A DNA stretch of 64,000 bases from Eledone cirrhosa (lineage: Eukaryota): assembly GCA_964016885.1 (NCBI GenBank), contig OZ024743.1, positions 317,874,001 through 317,938,000 on the forward strand, in the 5' to 3' direction. This document shows positions 41,411-54,932 of the stretch, in pieces. A program made the position numbers and the translations under genes. The notes under the pieces were generated by a model. That model saw only the letters and a list, made by a program, of their open reading frames with translations, had not been told where the DNA came from and did not search any database. Numbering within the stretch: the stretch's first letter is position 1; each line of letters starts with the position of its first letter.

Positions 41411-41912
41411 CTAATGTCCTTACTGAATAACTTGTTAATTGTTAACTCTCTTATTACTCATTTACTGGTCCCTGTAATGGGGTAACGCTATCCTGAGCTA
41501 TAGATCAATATATCGATCCTATTAGTTCAATCTAGTTCCCATTCTATCGATCGCCATTAACAGTTAACAACATTTCAAACTGATGAAAGTTTTTCTAAAT
41601 ATTTCGTCAAACTGAAACAAGATAATTATTAAAAATAATGTGCTCATGCGCGGAAATACTATGAAACAGATTATAAATAGGATGAAGGCACTTAAAGACG
41701 GAAAAAGAAGTTGCTATCGGCTGATATGAGATAGGTTATTAATAACGAAGAGCAAATATTTTTACACTTCTGCAATTAGACACTCTTCTTCACTATTGTG
41801 TTTCTTTCTTTTTCTCCTTCTTTCTCCGTCTATCTGTTTCTCCCCCCCCCCCCCTCTCTCTCTCTCTATATATATATATATATGTATGTGTGTATGTATG
41901 TATGTATGTATG

Positions 41913-41980
<68 letters not shown>

Positions 41981-42043
41981 AAGGTAGTTAAGGTTTTGTT
42001 TATGTATATCCAGAATGAATGTTTAAATAAGAAAGCTGCTTAC

Positions 42044-42149
42044 CTGAAAGTTTGACTGGACAGTCATATGATTGTACAATATCTATTGTAGTCAGCATAT
42101 GTAGACATTGATAATAGACACAGAAACATGTCAAAGCAAATAAACTCAT
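42044..42149 (-). CDS. Candidate signal-peptide-like first coding exon
   Basis: MSLFALTCFCVYYQCLHMLTTIDIVQSYDCPVKLS plus 1 nt, ending at CAG|GTAAGC; in-frame stop upstream. Confidence 0.35.
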
Positions 42150-42195
42150 AATCTCTTCACGCCGACGTTTTATTTTTCTTGGTGCAATACTTGCT

Positions 42196-42320
<125 letters not shown>

Positions 42321-42550
42321 CCCGGGTCAATATATATATATATCTAACCTGGTTAGTTTTTTCGTTGTTTTGGTATTGTATGGCTGGGTTTTGCCTGCCG
42401 CAATGTTCAATTTGTTAAGCTGTCTAAACGTATGTTATTACTCAAAGGCCCGACCTTATTGAGTGCTTTGCTACTCATTCCTAATTGTAGGTCGCTATGC
42501 TTGGCCGCAGCCAAAGCTTCGATTTTACTAAGCTTTCACTTGTATATATA

Positions 42551-43253
42551 TGTAGCGAAATCTGTCCGCGCCCTTGAACCTTGGGTAACACCTAAGGGTA
42601 AAATTCTAGGTCAACACCCTTTTGTTGTAGACAGGTTGATGTGTTGACTATCCCCTCAGGTTGGGGGACAGGGGGCGACAGCTATATAGAGAGCCTGTAA
42701 CATCCTACATGAACATATACATCGGAGCATTACACTTATAACAAACTACGTTTCACCACTATCAATAGACCCCATGAGGTCTACAGAAATACCCAGAACG
42801 ATTGGAGCCCTATTACTACAGAACACAAATGTGGAAGATTTACCCCTGTCTGCAGGCCACGGTAGTTCACAGTTACGACAGACCATAACAGAGGTATACA
42901 AACCATATCTCTCTCTCTCTCTTACTAACTACAGTCTCACAACTACTACCACGGACTCCAAATTCCGACAACAACAACAATTATCTGTCGCTCGCTGTTT
43001 TCACACCAACAACAACAACAGACTACAACAGCCTCACATCAACAACAAAATAATATTGTCAGTCTTTGCAACTTATGGTAACTTGTTTATTGTACCTTTT
43101 AATTGATTCACGTGAAGTAAACTATATATAAACCAAATCATTTATTCATTATATTCTCGTTATTACACCTATTCCTATTATTACATTTATACTTATTATT
43201 ATTGTTACTTCATCCAACATCTAACTATTACTTAATTCATTTTAACCCTTCGT

Positions 43254-43257
<4 letters not shown>
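42551..43257 (+). mobile_element. Probable solo LTR
   Basis: Ends tgtagcgaa ... ttcgttaaa (imperfect inverted), internal ctatataag, TATA flanks. Confidence 0.55.
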
Positions 43258-43345
<88 letters not shown>

Positions 43346-43350
<5 letters not shown>

Positions 43351-43515
43351 ATACTTTGGGAGGGTCATGCTGCCAATAAAAATACGCGCACCTTTCGGTT
43401 TTCACTTCATATTATTACAATTCAACAGTTGCTTGAGTTTTTAGTGACAGCATGACCCACCCAAAACATAACAGTATCTGTTTCAACACGCGTTTTCCGA
43501 TAAGAAATCTTGCAA
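43346..43515. mobile_element. Family L fold-back end
   Basis: tgttatactttgggagggtcatgctg / cagcatgacccacccaaaacataaca plus a tail. Confidence 0.7.
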
Positions 43516-43834
43516 AACAATGTATATATGTGTGTATGTGAGTATGTATGTGTGTGTGTATGTATGTATGTATCTATGTATGTATGTATGTATGTATGTA
43601 TGTATGTATGTATGTATGTATTATGTATGTATGTGTGTGTGTATGTATGTATGCGTGTATGTATGTATGTATGTGTATAACTCTCTCATTGGAATTTGCA
43701 CAATATCAACTAGGTAGATTATGTATGCATGTCTGCATGCATACATGTGTAGATATCTATGTTATTGTATGTGTGGATGTGTATGTTTTGAGTTGTGTAT
43801 GTGTATATGCTTTGTATCTGTACATGTGTATATG

Positions 43835-44690
43835 CAGTTATTAGATGCAACATTTTTGGAATGTTTTACATATTTTTACTGTTCCATTAATGGATTGTAC
43901 TTGTAATTTCCTAACTAGTTGTGTTCTTTCTGTTCCTGTGAAGCCCAGCTTCTCAAGATTTGTATTGAGACAGTTACTAACATACCCCAGTGCCCCAATA
44001 ATCACAGGCATAAATCTGAAGGTATAATCAGAGTGGAGTATCTGCAGATTTCTCATCAGTTTTGAATAGATATTCTATTTTTCGCTAATCTTTGATATTA
44101 TATTGACATCTGCTGGGCTGCTAACTTCCACTACTGTGCATGCCTTCTTTTCCCTGTCCCATATCAGAATATCTGGTCTGTTATGCCTGCATTTTATTGT
44201 TTTTTTTACTGGAACATTCCACCAGTACTCTTTCATATTATGTATATGGATGTCTTCCACATTGCTGTAGCTTTTAATGTTTTTATTATCGGGGATATCT
44301 TTTCTACAGATTGCATTGTACAGTGTTTTGGTCACTACATCATGCCTCATAGGTAGATAGTACCGCGTGACATCTTTGGACAGCTGCTTATGACATGGGT
44401 GACATCTTCGATGTTAATTCTGCAGAGTCTGCACTTGTTATCACATCTAGGTGTTTTGCCTGCATCCCTATCTCTTTTGTGAATCAGGTATTTCGTGTTG
44501 ATTTCCTGTTCTTGGATTGCAAAAGCGTATCCTTCAAAGTGGGAGCCAATATAGCGGTTGTTGGTCCAAGATAGACTACTTTCCTTATCTATCAAGTACA
44601 AGCGGTCTATGTCACTGTTGATGTGGAAGTTTCTAGTGTTGTTTAGTACTTTTCGAGTTCTAACATCAATTGCTCGGATTTCGTCTATCA
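43835..44690 (-). mobile_element. R4/Dong-clade 3' fragment (CCHC plus RLE)
   Basis: AIQEQ, CRLC....EDVTHVISSC, RHD, HNRPDILIWD, VVEVS and PVIIGALG. Confidence 0.9.
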
Positions 44691-44729
44691 TCCATGTATG
44701 TATGTAAGTATGTATGTAAGTATGTATGC

Positions 44730-45245
44730 AAGGTTTCTTTGTGAGGAGGGTGGCTTTGGACATCCTGCAGGACTAAAAACAAAACCTGTCAAAGAGCAAA
44801 GGAGCTCTTAAGAGTCAATGGCCATCCAAAATCACCGGGAGAGATGACCCCTTAGCCTTTGTCAAGGCAGAATTCTAGAAGGAAAACTCTGATATAACAC
44901 CTGCAACCCTGATGGTATCCAATGATGTTGACTTGTTCTTTGTTTTGGTAAATATCATCTTGGTTAAGAGAGTGGGACTGGCTTTGTGCAGTGCCTTTGC
45001 TCACTATAAAAGCTTCACGGCACAGGCATTGCTTTATATCTGGAGATCTCTCTGCACTTGTCGTCACATGGTACCATGGGCCCAGCACTATGTGTCAATA
45101 ATTGTCACAAGTGTAGTGTTTGTACCAGAGTTTTCAAGTCACTGGCTGGACAAAAAAGTCACACTCGTTCAGCGCATCGGTAGGGGTTCTCCTACATGGA
45201 TATAAGGTAGTGGCCGTACTCGAAAACGAGTTGGCAGCCACCATG
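44730..45245 (+). mobile_element. Family B copy
   Basis: Near-identical to 3117-3622; flanked by (TATG)n. Confidence 0.85.
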
Positions 45246-45457
45246 TATGTGTGTATGTATGTTTGTAAGTATGTATGTCATCTACGAAGTCATGGACGCA
45301 GATGGGATGACAATGAAGAATCAATAAGAGACAGCAATCGTCTGTGCAAACGCTGCAATCCTCATGTGTGTGTGTGTGTGTGTGTGTGTGTCATTGACAT
45401 CCGTCTTTATCAATTTATTAGTCTATCGGTGTTTCTATCTCATTATCTAACACATCC

Positions 45458-46083
45458 AGGGCGGCGGATTGGCAGTATCGATAGAAGGTCGGACGCCATG
45501 CTTTGCAGCATAGAGTTACGGCCCTTTATGATCTGTGTTCATATCCCGCCGAGGTTAACTTTGCCTTTCATCCCTAAGGGGTCGATAAAATAAAGTACCA
45601 GTCACGCACTGGGGTCGATTTAATCGACTCCCCCTCCCCCATTTGCTGGCCTTGTGCCTATAGTAGAAACAATTATCTATCACATCCACTCTACTTTTCC
45701 TCGTCCTTATTGTTCAAATATGAAAGAATGCGGATATAACGAGGAGTGTCTGGGAAATGTTTCATTGTTTACTACATACAGTTAAACGTTTACACCACAC
45801 ACAACGCTGGATCGCAAATTTTGGATTGTTGTAGTAATGGAGAAGTAGAAATGTTCTCAAATAGGGTTGGTAGCTTTATAGGATATCCTGCTAGCTTTGG
45901 ATTGGCAGTATCTGTAGAGGGTCTGACGCCATGCTTTGACGCAAAGAGTTACGGCCCTTTCCATTCTGAGTTCAAATCCCGCCGAGATTAACTTTGCCTT
46001 TCATCCTTACGGGGTCGATAAAATAAAGTACCAGTAATACACTGTGTAATTGGTGGGATTGTGCCAAAAGTAGAAACAATTAT
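45458..46083 (+). mobile_element. Two SINE S1 copies (45458-45675, 45899-46083)
   Basis: Consensus match. Confidence 0.85.
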
Positions 46084-46357
46084 TAACTTTCTTCGTTCTT
46101 TGTTTTGTTTTTGAATTTGGTAGCAAATATTTTATACATACCAGCAAGGACATGTTATTTATTTTATGTATATACCAGTAAGGACATATATATATTATAC
46201 ATACCAGCAAGGATATATATATATATATATATATAGTAATAATAATAAATGTGAAGACTAAAATCCAAAGAGGGCTCGATAAGGATTGATTTTTTTAGTT
46301 TCAGAAGACCCGTTAAGGGTGAAAGCTACGATTCTTTGCTTAAACTTTAATTTGTTA

Positions 46358-46415
<58 letters not shown>

Positions 46416-46471
46416 TTTATATATATATATATACAGTTGAAAATTGCAAATTTGACTGTCACCACACAATA

Positions 46472-46510
46472 TGAACCTGAAGATTGCGAAAGCATGAAAG
46501 TACTTGTTCA
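46472..46510 (+). ncRNA. Minimal type I hammerhead motif (family F)
   Basis: tgaac CTGAAGA t tgc gaaa gca t GAAA gtac TT gttca. Confidence 0.8.
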
Positions 46511-46667
46511 ATTAACACTTAACATTTAATATTCTACCATACTATTTCATTCTAATACCATTATAAATTTTAAAGAATTTTAAAGGATTGTAAATAAAAC
46601 GAGTAAATCAGACAAAGTTGGAATTCCTTTTATTAATATAATCTTCTATACACAATCATACACACCG

Positions 46668-46733
<66 letters not shown>

Positions 46734-46814
46734 TTATATATATATATTTATATATATATATTTATATATATATATTTATATATATATATTTATATATATA
46801 TATTTATATATATA

Positions 46815-46846
<32 letters not shown>

Positions 46847-46883
46847 CCAGCAAGGACATATTATTTATTTTATCTAAGAGGGC

Positions 46884-47077
46884 CAGACCTGCCAACCTCT
46901 AAAAACCCAAACGGGGAGTACCATGAAAAAAGGGCGCCAAAACGGGGAGAAATGAGGCAAAATGGGAAGATTTTACATAATGAAAGCTATATCCATTTTC
47001 ACAAGAGAAGACATCTCTCATCCACCCCAAAGTGGGTGTGAGATCTCACCGTCGGACGGGGAGAGTTGACAGGTCTG
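46884..47077. mobile_element. hAT-like MITE
   Basis: TIRs cagacctgccaac / gttgacaggtctg. Confidence 0.7.
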
Positions 47078-47229
47078 CAGCGAGGACATATATATGTTAT
47101 ATATACCAGCAGCGACATATTATTTATATGGCTGCCTAGAGGCCCACCATTAAAAAAAATTTGTTTTTTTTATTTTACAATATTGAAGTGCCTTAAAGCC
47201 TAAGTCCCAACTATGGATTAATACAGCCC

Positions 47230-47870
47230 CGTATAACAGTGCAAAATGACTGGTGTGCCAGCCCAAGAACAATTCCTGTGTGACACAAATCTTCTTCGAC
47301 TTCCAATAGACAAACAATTGTAACTAACTTAACCCTTTCAATGCATGGTATGTTCCCTATTAATAACCTAACAACAACTACAGTTTCTGAGTATGTGAAA
47401 CATTACCACCATATAGACGTACTGGTTTATCTCTGACAGTTTTAAATCCTAGTGCATGTTTTTCTTCAATGACAATAACAGTTCTTGAAGTCATTCACTT
47501 CCACTATAAAGAGAATACTTTAACTGTTTCGATATCTGAACTCGCTGCTTCACCAGCTATCTTAACACAGTCGCAGTTAGTGTAACTTTTATAACCTACA
47601 AACCAGACTTGTAAATATGTTATTTCTACACTGTTTCTTCGGTTCATTAAAACTAAACTCCGCCTTAACACAAATAATAGCTTGACTCAATAGAATGTTG
47701 TTGTTTTGTTTTTTCTGGTCCAAGTTAATAACTTCTCTGTGCATTCCATTTATTTACCACGAGAATAATGCATTTGTGTAGCACTTATTCTGGTAGCTTG
47801 CTGCATTGAACTTTTTATATTCTCTGCATTATTCGTGATCATTGCTAGTCGACGGAGGCAAATTCATAGT
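47230..47870 (-). pseudogene. Tigger/pogo transposase relic
   Basis: Across frameshifts: LPPST, LSQAII..KA, VKIAGEAASSD, WK*MTSRT...EEKHALGFK, GGN, ALKG and YWKSKK..VTQELF. Confidence 0.85.
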
Positions 47871-47896
47871 CAATCCATCGCTATCGTTGAGTTAAA

Positions 47897-48279
47897 TAAT
47901 TGTTTCTACTATTGGCACAAGGCCAGCAATTACCCAGTACATTACTGGTACTTTATTTTATCGACCCCGTAAGGATGAAAGGCAAAGTTAACCTCGGCGG
48001 GATTTGAACTCAGAATGGCAAGGGCCGTAACTCTATGCGTCAAAGCATGGTGTCCGATCCTCTACCGATACTGCCAATCCACAATGGTTTCTGATTTAGG
48101 CATAAGGCCAATAATTTTGGGGATGGAAAGTTTATTAAATCGACCTTAGTGCATTACTAGTACTTTATTTTATCGACCATATAAGTATGAAAGGCAAAGC
48201 TAACCTTGGTGAGATATGAACACAGAATGTAAAGGGCCGTAACTATATGCTGCAAAGGGCCGACGCTCTACAGATACTG
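47897..48279 (-). mobile_element. Two tandem SINE S1 copies
   Basis: Consensus match. Confidence 0.85.
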
Positions 48280-48897
48280 AAAAAATGTCGGGTAAAAATA
48301 AAGTTGTAGCCGATACAGAAATATTGAAATGAAGAACGGAAAACGCCCGAGTTGAGCAATGAAAACACACCTCAAGCTCTCAGCAGTTTGAAGTCTGTTA
48401 GTGTCACTCTGTCCGCTTCTATCTCTACCCCAAATTTTTCCACGTCTCCCAACAAGTATACTTCTTCATTTAACTCTATATACATGCCGCCCACACGATG
48501 GCTTTTCCACACATATTAATGGATGTTCTGAAAGGTGATGGGAGCCATAATGCTGACGTCATTTCCATGTAGTGATGCAATAGACAATATAGTGTTGTCG
48601 TTTTCAAGTGGCCTTCAAGCATCTTCAACATATAATGAAAGAATGTTTCGTTAACATTTATAAACTATATATTCCCATCGTGTTGGTTATAAATCGTTCA
48701 AACGTCTGAGTCGTTTTATTGCTTCAGTTGGGATTCTTGTTTCTAATGCAGAGTCAACTCTTTTCCCAGATGAAAAATGTCTTTAACGTTCTCCCCATAT
48801 ACATTGGATATTTTCTCTGTCGGAGATCTCCAAACACTTTGGTGCGGAAGGGGTGATAAGTCCCAACAGTAATTGCAAGGCATGAATGCTATAACCA

Positions 48898-49270
48898 AAC
48901 TCCCACTGTCACTGCCTCCGTCTCTCCCACTCTCCCCATCTCTCACTATTATAAGCAAATGGGAGCCCACGTGCTGGTCACCCCGCGGCTCCGAGGACAG
49001 AATAGAAAAAGCGTTTCCTCGGAGGATGGTGAGGGAGACGTGCTGAAAGAGCCATTCTAGCTCGCGAAGCACACTCCTGCGGGTAGCCAACTCTGTGCTA
49101 ATGGTGGTGAGTAGAGAAGTTGTCCTAGGGTCAAGGACGCCAGAAGTCTCCACTGCTACTGGCTCGACCGCAAACCTGTCGGAGAGTGACCGATTTGGGA
49201 GAGTTTACCCTGTTCGGCCCGAAGTGCAGCAGAGCCTAGGTTAGCCGCAGATTCCACCAGGTTGCCGCCG
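48898..49270 (-). mobile_element. CRE-like 3' fragment
   Basis: ETSGVL..ELEWLFQHVSLTILRGNA; matches 19685-20055. Confidence 0.85.
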
Positions 49271-49394
49271 GATGTAATCACATTACATATAAAAAGACTA
49301 GCATTGATATTCCAGCAGAAACGGACTGGGTTTTGAAACTATACGACACTGACTAACAGACTGCTGACTGCCGAAGGTCATAGGTTTGTGTTTA

Positions 49395-51112
49395 CTGCTC
49401 AGATAAGGTGACACTGACTAACAGACTGTTGAGGACCAGAGGTGTGTTTTTATTGCTCAGATAAGGTGACACTGACTAACAGACTGTTGAGGACCAGAGG
49501 TGTGTTTTTATTGCTCATATAAGGTGGCACTGACTAACAGATTGTTGAGGACCAGATGTGTGTTTTCACTGGTCAGCTGAGGTGACACTGACTAACAAGC
49601 TATTGAGGGCCAGAGATGTATTTTTACTGTTCAGATAAGGTGACACTGACTAACAGACTGTTGAGGACCAGATGTGTGTTTTTATTGCTCAGATAAGGTG
49701 ACACTGACTAACAGACTGTTGAGGACCAGATGTGTGTTTTTATTGCTCAGATAAGGTGACACTGACTAACAGACTGTTGAGGACCAGAGGTGTGTTTTTA
49801 TTGCTCAGATAAGGTGACACTGACTAACAGACTGTTGAGGACCAGATGTGTGTTTTTATTGCTCAGATAAGGTGACACTGACTAACAGACTGTTGAGGAC
49901 CAGATGTGTGTTTTTATTGCTCAGATAAGGTGACACTGACTAACAGACTGTTGAGGACCAGATGTGTGTTTTTATTGCTCAGATAAGGTGACACTGACTA
50001 ACAGACTGTTGAGGACCAGAGGTGTGTTTTTATTGCTCAGATAAGGTGACACTGACTAACAGACTGTTGAGGACCAGATGTGTGTTTTTATTGCTCAGAT
50101 AAGGTGACACTGACTAACAGACTGTTGAGGACCAGATGTGTGTTTTTATTGCTCAGATAAGGTGACACTGACTAACAGACTGTTGAGGACCAGATGTGTG
50201 TTTTTATTGCTCAGATAAGGTGACACTGACTAACAGACTGTTGAGGACCAGATGTGTGTTTTTATTGCTCAGATAAGGTGACACTGACTAACAGACTGTT
50301 GAGGACCAGATGTGTGTTTTTACAGCTCATATAAGGTGGCACTGACTAACAGACTGTTGAGGACCAGAGGTGTGTTTTTATTGCTCAGATAAGGTGACAC
50401 TGACTAACAGACTGCTGAGGACCAGAGGTGTGTTTTTATTGCTCAGATAAGGTGACACTGACTAACAGACTGTTGAGGACCAGATGTGTGTTTTTACAGC
50501 TCATATAAGATGGCACTGACTAACAGACTGTTGAGGACCAGATGTGTGTTTTTACAGCTCATATAAGGTGGCACTGACTAACAGACTGTTGAGGACGAGA
50601 GGTGTGTTTTTATTGCTCAGATAAGGTGACACTGACTAACAGACTGTTGAGGACCAGATGTGTGTTTTTACAGCTCATATAAGGTGGCACTGACTAACAG
50701 ACTGTTGAGGACCAGAGGTGTGTTTTTATTGCTCAGATAAGGTGACACTGACTAACAGACTGTTGAGGACCAGAGGTGTGTTTTTATTGCTCAGATAAGG
50801 TGACACTGACTAACAGACTGTTGAGGACCAGATGTGTGTTTTTATAGCTCAGATAAGGTGACACTGACTAACAGACTGTTGAGGACCAGATGTGTGTTTT
50901 TACAGCTCATATAAGGTGACACTGACTAACAGACTGTTGAGGACCAGATGTGTGTTTTTACAGCTCATATAAGGTGACACTGACTAACAGACTGTTGAGG
51001 ACCAGATGTGTGTTTTTATTGCTCAGATAAGGTGACACTGACTAACAGACTGTTGAGGACCAGATGTGTGTTTTTACAGCTCAGATAAGGTGACACTGAC
51101 TAACAGACTGCT
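49395..51112. repeat. 58-bp minisatellite, ~30 copies
   Basis: Unit ctcagataaggtgacactgactaacagactgttgaggaccagatgtgtgtttttattg; period 58. Confidence 0.97.
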
Positions 51113-52165
51113 GACAACTGAAGGCCAGAATCGTGTTATATTTTCGTTTCAGTCTTTTAGCTGCGGCTACCACTTCAGTTTTTGTGACATTTTGCAGCTG
51201 TTTTTTTTTTTCTGGTTCGTTTGTTTGTTGTTGTTTTTGTTTGTTTGTTTGTTTGTTTGTTTGTTTTTGTTTGTTTTGTTAACATTACCCAACAAAGCAA
51301 CCTACCGGGTACAGTCTAAATATGCGTATGACCAATCCACCTGCTTTCCGGGGACACAACAAGCATCATGTGCCAGGATACAAACCTCGCTCAATAAAAC
51401 CCACACTTTATTCATTCTATTAGTCCGACTCTCGAAAACAAAATATTTTCTTTTTCATAGTAGACTGGTCGTTTTGTTTTGTGTCTCTGATCTCCTGACA
51501 ACCGTTTACCTTGGAACGGGAGTATCTCACATGAGGTGGAATAGCTGATGCAGCAGATACCTCTGACTCTTCTCTGCGGCAATATTTTCTGTTTGAAAGT
51601 TTTAAAGTTTTTATTTACAGTAATAAAAACAATGACAACTATAATAACAATAATAATAAAAAAGAAAAGGAAACAAAAGAAAAAAAGAATAGGAAAATAT
51701 AGAGAAAAAAAAGAAAAAAACGGGAAGAGAAGGGATGGCAAGAACTCTAGTGTCGCAGAAGAGAAGGGAGAGGTAAAGAAGGAGGGTGATGGGGCTTTGG
51801 GTCTAGGGCATGGGGGAAGAAGGGCTGCTAGAAAAAAGTTCCCTATGCCTGAAATAGAAGGTGAATGGTTGAGTTTTGTTGGGGTTTTTTTAATGATAAT
51901 TTTAAACTTAAATGATATATGCAAGATATGGCGGAGGGAAACGGAACAAAATCGCTTGCGAGAATCGACATACGCATTTGTCACACGTGTGTGTGTGTGT
52001 ATGTGTGTGTGTGTGTGCGTGCATGTGTGTGTGTATGTTCCTCGTAAGAGGAAGCTACTGAAGCATTGAGTTCTTTCGTTTGTCATGTTTGTAACACGAA
52101 ACCTGTCAGTAATATTTTCCTCTGGATATATTTTGCTTCTATATATATATTTACACACACACACA

Positions 52166-52245
<80 letters not shown>

Positions 52246-52554
52246 CATGCGTATACATATGAATGTGTGTGTGTGTATAAGCACCACACGTTTTGGTTCT
52301 GTATATCAGGTTTTGTCCTGTAAATAAATTACTTAAGTGTTATCACTACCAACCACACCCAAGTCGTACCAGCTCACGTCAAATATTTTGTTGACACCAT
52401 GTCCTGAGACGTGAAATACATTCACCAAGTGATGCCATGGGTCAATAATGTTTCCTTCAACAATATAAAAGTCTCAACCACTGTACACTACTACACATAT
52501 CAATAAGACAATATTCTACCTCACCCCTCTAAATATGAACAATATGCAACAAGG

Positions 52555-53125
52555 TTGCATGTAACCCAGTACAACCTGTCATATGGTCAGGTCATCGGTG
52601 ACTAAACCTGAAACTCCACCAAGCTTATTTGGTCAGGATGATAGTTTTTAGACACCTGCTGGATGAAAAATAAAACCCATCAACGGGTAGAGGAACTCAG
52701 GAGAGTCAATGGTCATCCAATTGTGTGTAAAAAAAATGGGTAGACAGATATCATTAGCCTTGGTTGGCTGTATGTCTAGGAGAATGATCACTCTGGTTTC
52801 AAAACTAGACTAGATGGGACTCCTTAGACACCTTGGTGACAACCTTTCAAGTGTCCAACGGCTTCATCCTTGTGATAAAGCGGGGTGAGAATCATGGACA
52901 TACAGCATCTTATAGATTAGCATTGGTGCAATTGTCTATGGTCCCCAACATACATCATATAGAGGAGCATTGGTGCTATTGTTAATAGTCCCCGACATAC
53001 AGCATCATATAGATGAGCATTGGTGCTATTAGCCATAGTCCCCGACATACAGCATCATATAAATTAGCATTGATCCCCGACACGCAACATCATATAGATG
53101 GCCATTGGTGCAATTGTCCATGGTA
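52555..53125 (+). mobile_element. Family B-related 5' segment followed by a ~50-bp tandem repeat
   Basis: acccagtacaacctg...gtcatcggtgactaaa; catatagatgagcattggtgc units at 52895-53120. Confidence 0.65.
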
Positions 53126-53454
53126 CTTGACCTTCAACAACGAGGATAGGAAGAAACGAAACCAGCAACTAGAACGCTCAGGACTACTAGGTATGCTAGG
53201 CCTCATCATTGAGGATCTTCTCTGGTGATCATGCATACCCAACGACTGCACTACAAGGACGAGCCTTTTTCAGAACCGTAAAATTCTTTAGCTCCCACCA
53301 TTTATTAACCCTTTAAACACCACTGACGGAGCACGTCATATCGTTTATTATATCGAATGTCAGTTGGCAAGTTGGACTGGCTCTTTCGGCGCATCCCCCT
53401 TGCTATCCTCAAAGGTGGTGCATTCGATATTCTGCCTGCTGAGACCACAGTAGT

Positions 53455-54460
53455 GTCATCGAACATTTAGCTTCAGCTCTTTACGTCATGAGTTCAAATC
53501 TCGCCGAAGTCAACTTTAACTTTCATCTTTTCAAGATCCATAAAATACAGTACCAGTTAAGTACTGGGGTAGATATAATCGACTTTTCTCCTTCCTTGAA
53601 ATTTATGGCCTTGTACCTAAATCAAAAACAATTATTGTTATTACTGAACAAATCTAGGACATATGTATATTAAATTATATCTAAATTCAATTTCAGAAAT
53701 GGCAGTTATATTCTGTGGTTTATCGGGGGCCATATTATCCATTGTGAAGGCAAGTGGCTTAGTGGTTAGAGAATTGAATTCGCAATCGTGGAGTTGCGAG
53801 TTCGACTATCGGACCGGGCAATGCTTGTGTCCTTCAGCAAAACATTTTATTTCATGTTGCTCCTTCTACCAGGAGTTGCGACCGGTAGATAGTATCAGCA
53901 ACTGGAAAGACCCATGGAAACATTGTTTCCTTGGTCCGATTTGATGAGTCCCCCACCTCCACCCCCAACTCGGTAAGCGAATGAGGTCTGGGATCTTATC
54001 GCTCGACTTGTTCATAAATCTGGCTATGCTGAAGCTTAGAGGCACCACAGAGTTTAGGGGCCTGTCGAAAGGTTTGCTGTAATAGGGTAAAAGATTGCAA
54101 TACCAGAGGGGATCCCGAAATACCCAAAATACAATCTTGTTATGAAGGCGTGTAACTTAGTGGCTAGGTTATTCGGCTTACAATCCTAAGGTTGTGAGTT
54201 CGATTCTGAGCGGCGCATTGTGTCCTTGAGCAAAACACTTTATTTCACGTTGATCTTGTCCATTCAGCTGGCAAAAATGTGTTGTAATTGTAACTCGAAG
54301 GACCAACCTTGTCACATTGTGTGACACGCTGAATCTTTCTGAGAACTACGTTACGGGTGTCTATTTAATGCTCAGCCACTTGCACGTTAATTTCACGAAC
54401 ACGCTGTCCCATTGGTCGTATCAACTGGAACACTCATCGTCATAACTGACTGATGTCCAG
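53455..54460 (+). mobile_element. SINE cluster: S1 (53455-53635), S2 (53747-53935, 54144-54460)
   Basis: A/B boxes and central domains. Confidence 0.75.
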
Positions 54461-54615
54461 TTTATATACCTTAATACGGCCCTGATAAAGAAGTGACCAA
54501 ATGACATTATTAGGCAGTTGACCAAATGACATTATTAGGTACTATATAATATCTATGTATTTAATCAATTTAAATGAGCTAGTAAGCCATGACAGACTAG
54601 GGGAAGTATCTAGTG

Positions 54616-54932
54616 CAGGGTTTCTCAACCAGGGCGATTTCAACTGTTGGGTGGGTGATGAGCAACTGAATAGAAAATGGTGGGCGATTGGTAATTTTCA
54701 TGGGCGATATAGGATTTTGAGTATTAAAAAAGTATTTCAACATATGCTACCCGAAAAAGAAAATATTCAAAGGAGATATGCCAAGAACCTGTATATAAAA
54801 AAAAAACAGGAGGCTAAATGGAAATACCAAACTCGTTTGGTATGCTTTTGAATATTTTCTAAACAGGTGGGCGGTGGAAAATATTTTCCATGTGAAAGTG
54901 GGCGATGACGCAGAAAAGGTTGCGAATCCCCG
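54616..54932. mobile_element. hAT-Charlie-like MITE
   Basis: TIRs cagggtttctcaacc / ggttgcgaatccccg; degenerate TSD atctagtg / aactagta. Confidence 0.7.

Larger units (their letters stand above)
48280..51196. mobile_element. Old element with long diverged inverted termini; the right terminus is expanded into a satellite
   Basis: The reverse complement of 48280-48425 aligns by eye to 49315-49400, the repeat unit and 51125-51195. Confidence 0.55.

Noticed and set aside
41560-41611. Minus-strand acceptor as exon 2 for the 42044 exon
   Set aside because: A phase-1 join gives an immediate TGA.
49270-49356. Short frame NHITYKKTSIDIPAETDWVLKLYDTD* as a terminal exon
   Set aside because: No acceptor site, and it overlaps the inverted-repeat arm.
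49395-51112. CRISPR-like array
   Set aside because: Units are contiguous near-identical 58-mers with no unique spacers, no cas genes and a eukaryotic context.
54144-54215. tRNA gene
   Set aside because: A/B boxes continue into a SINE body; no complete cloverleaf.
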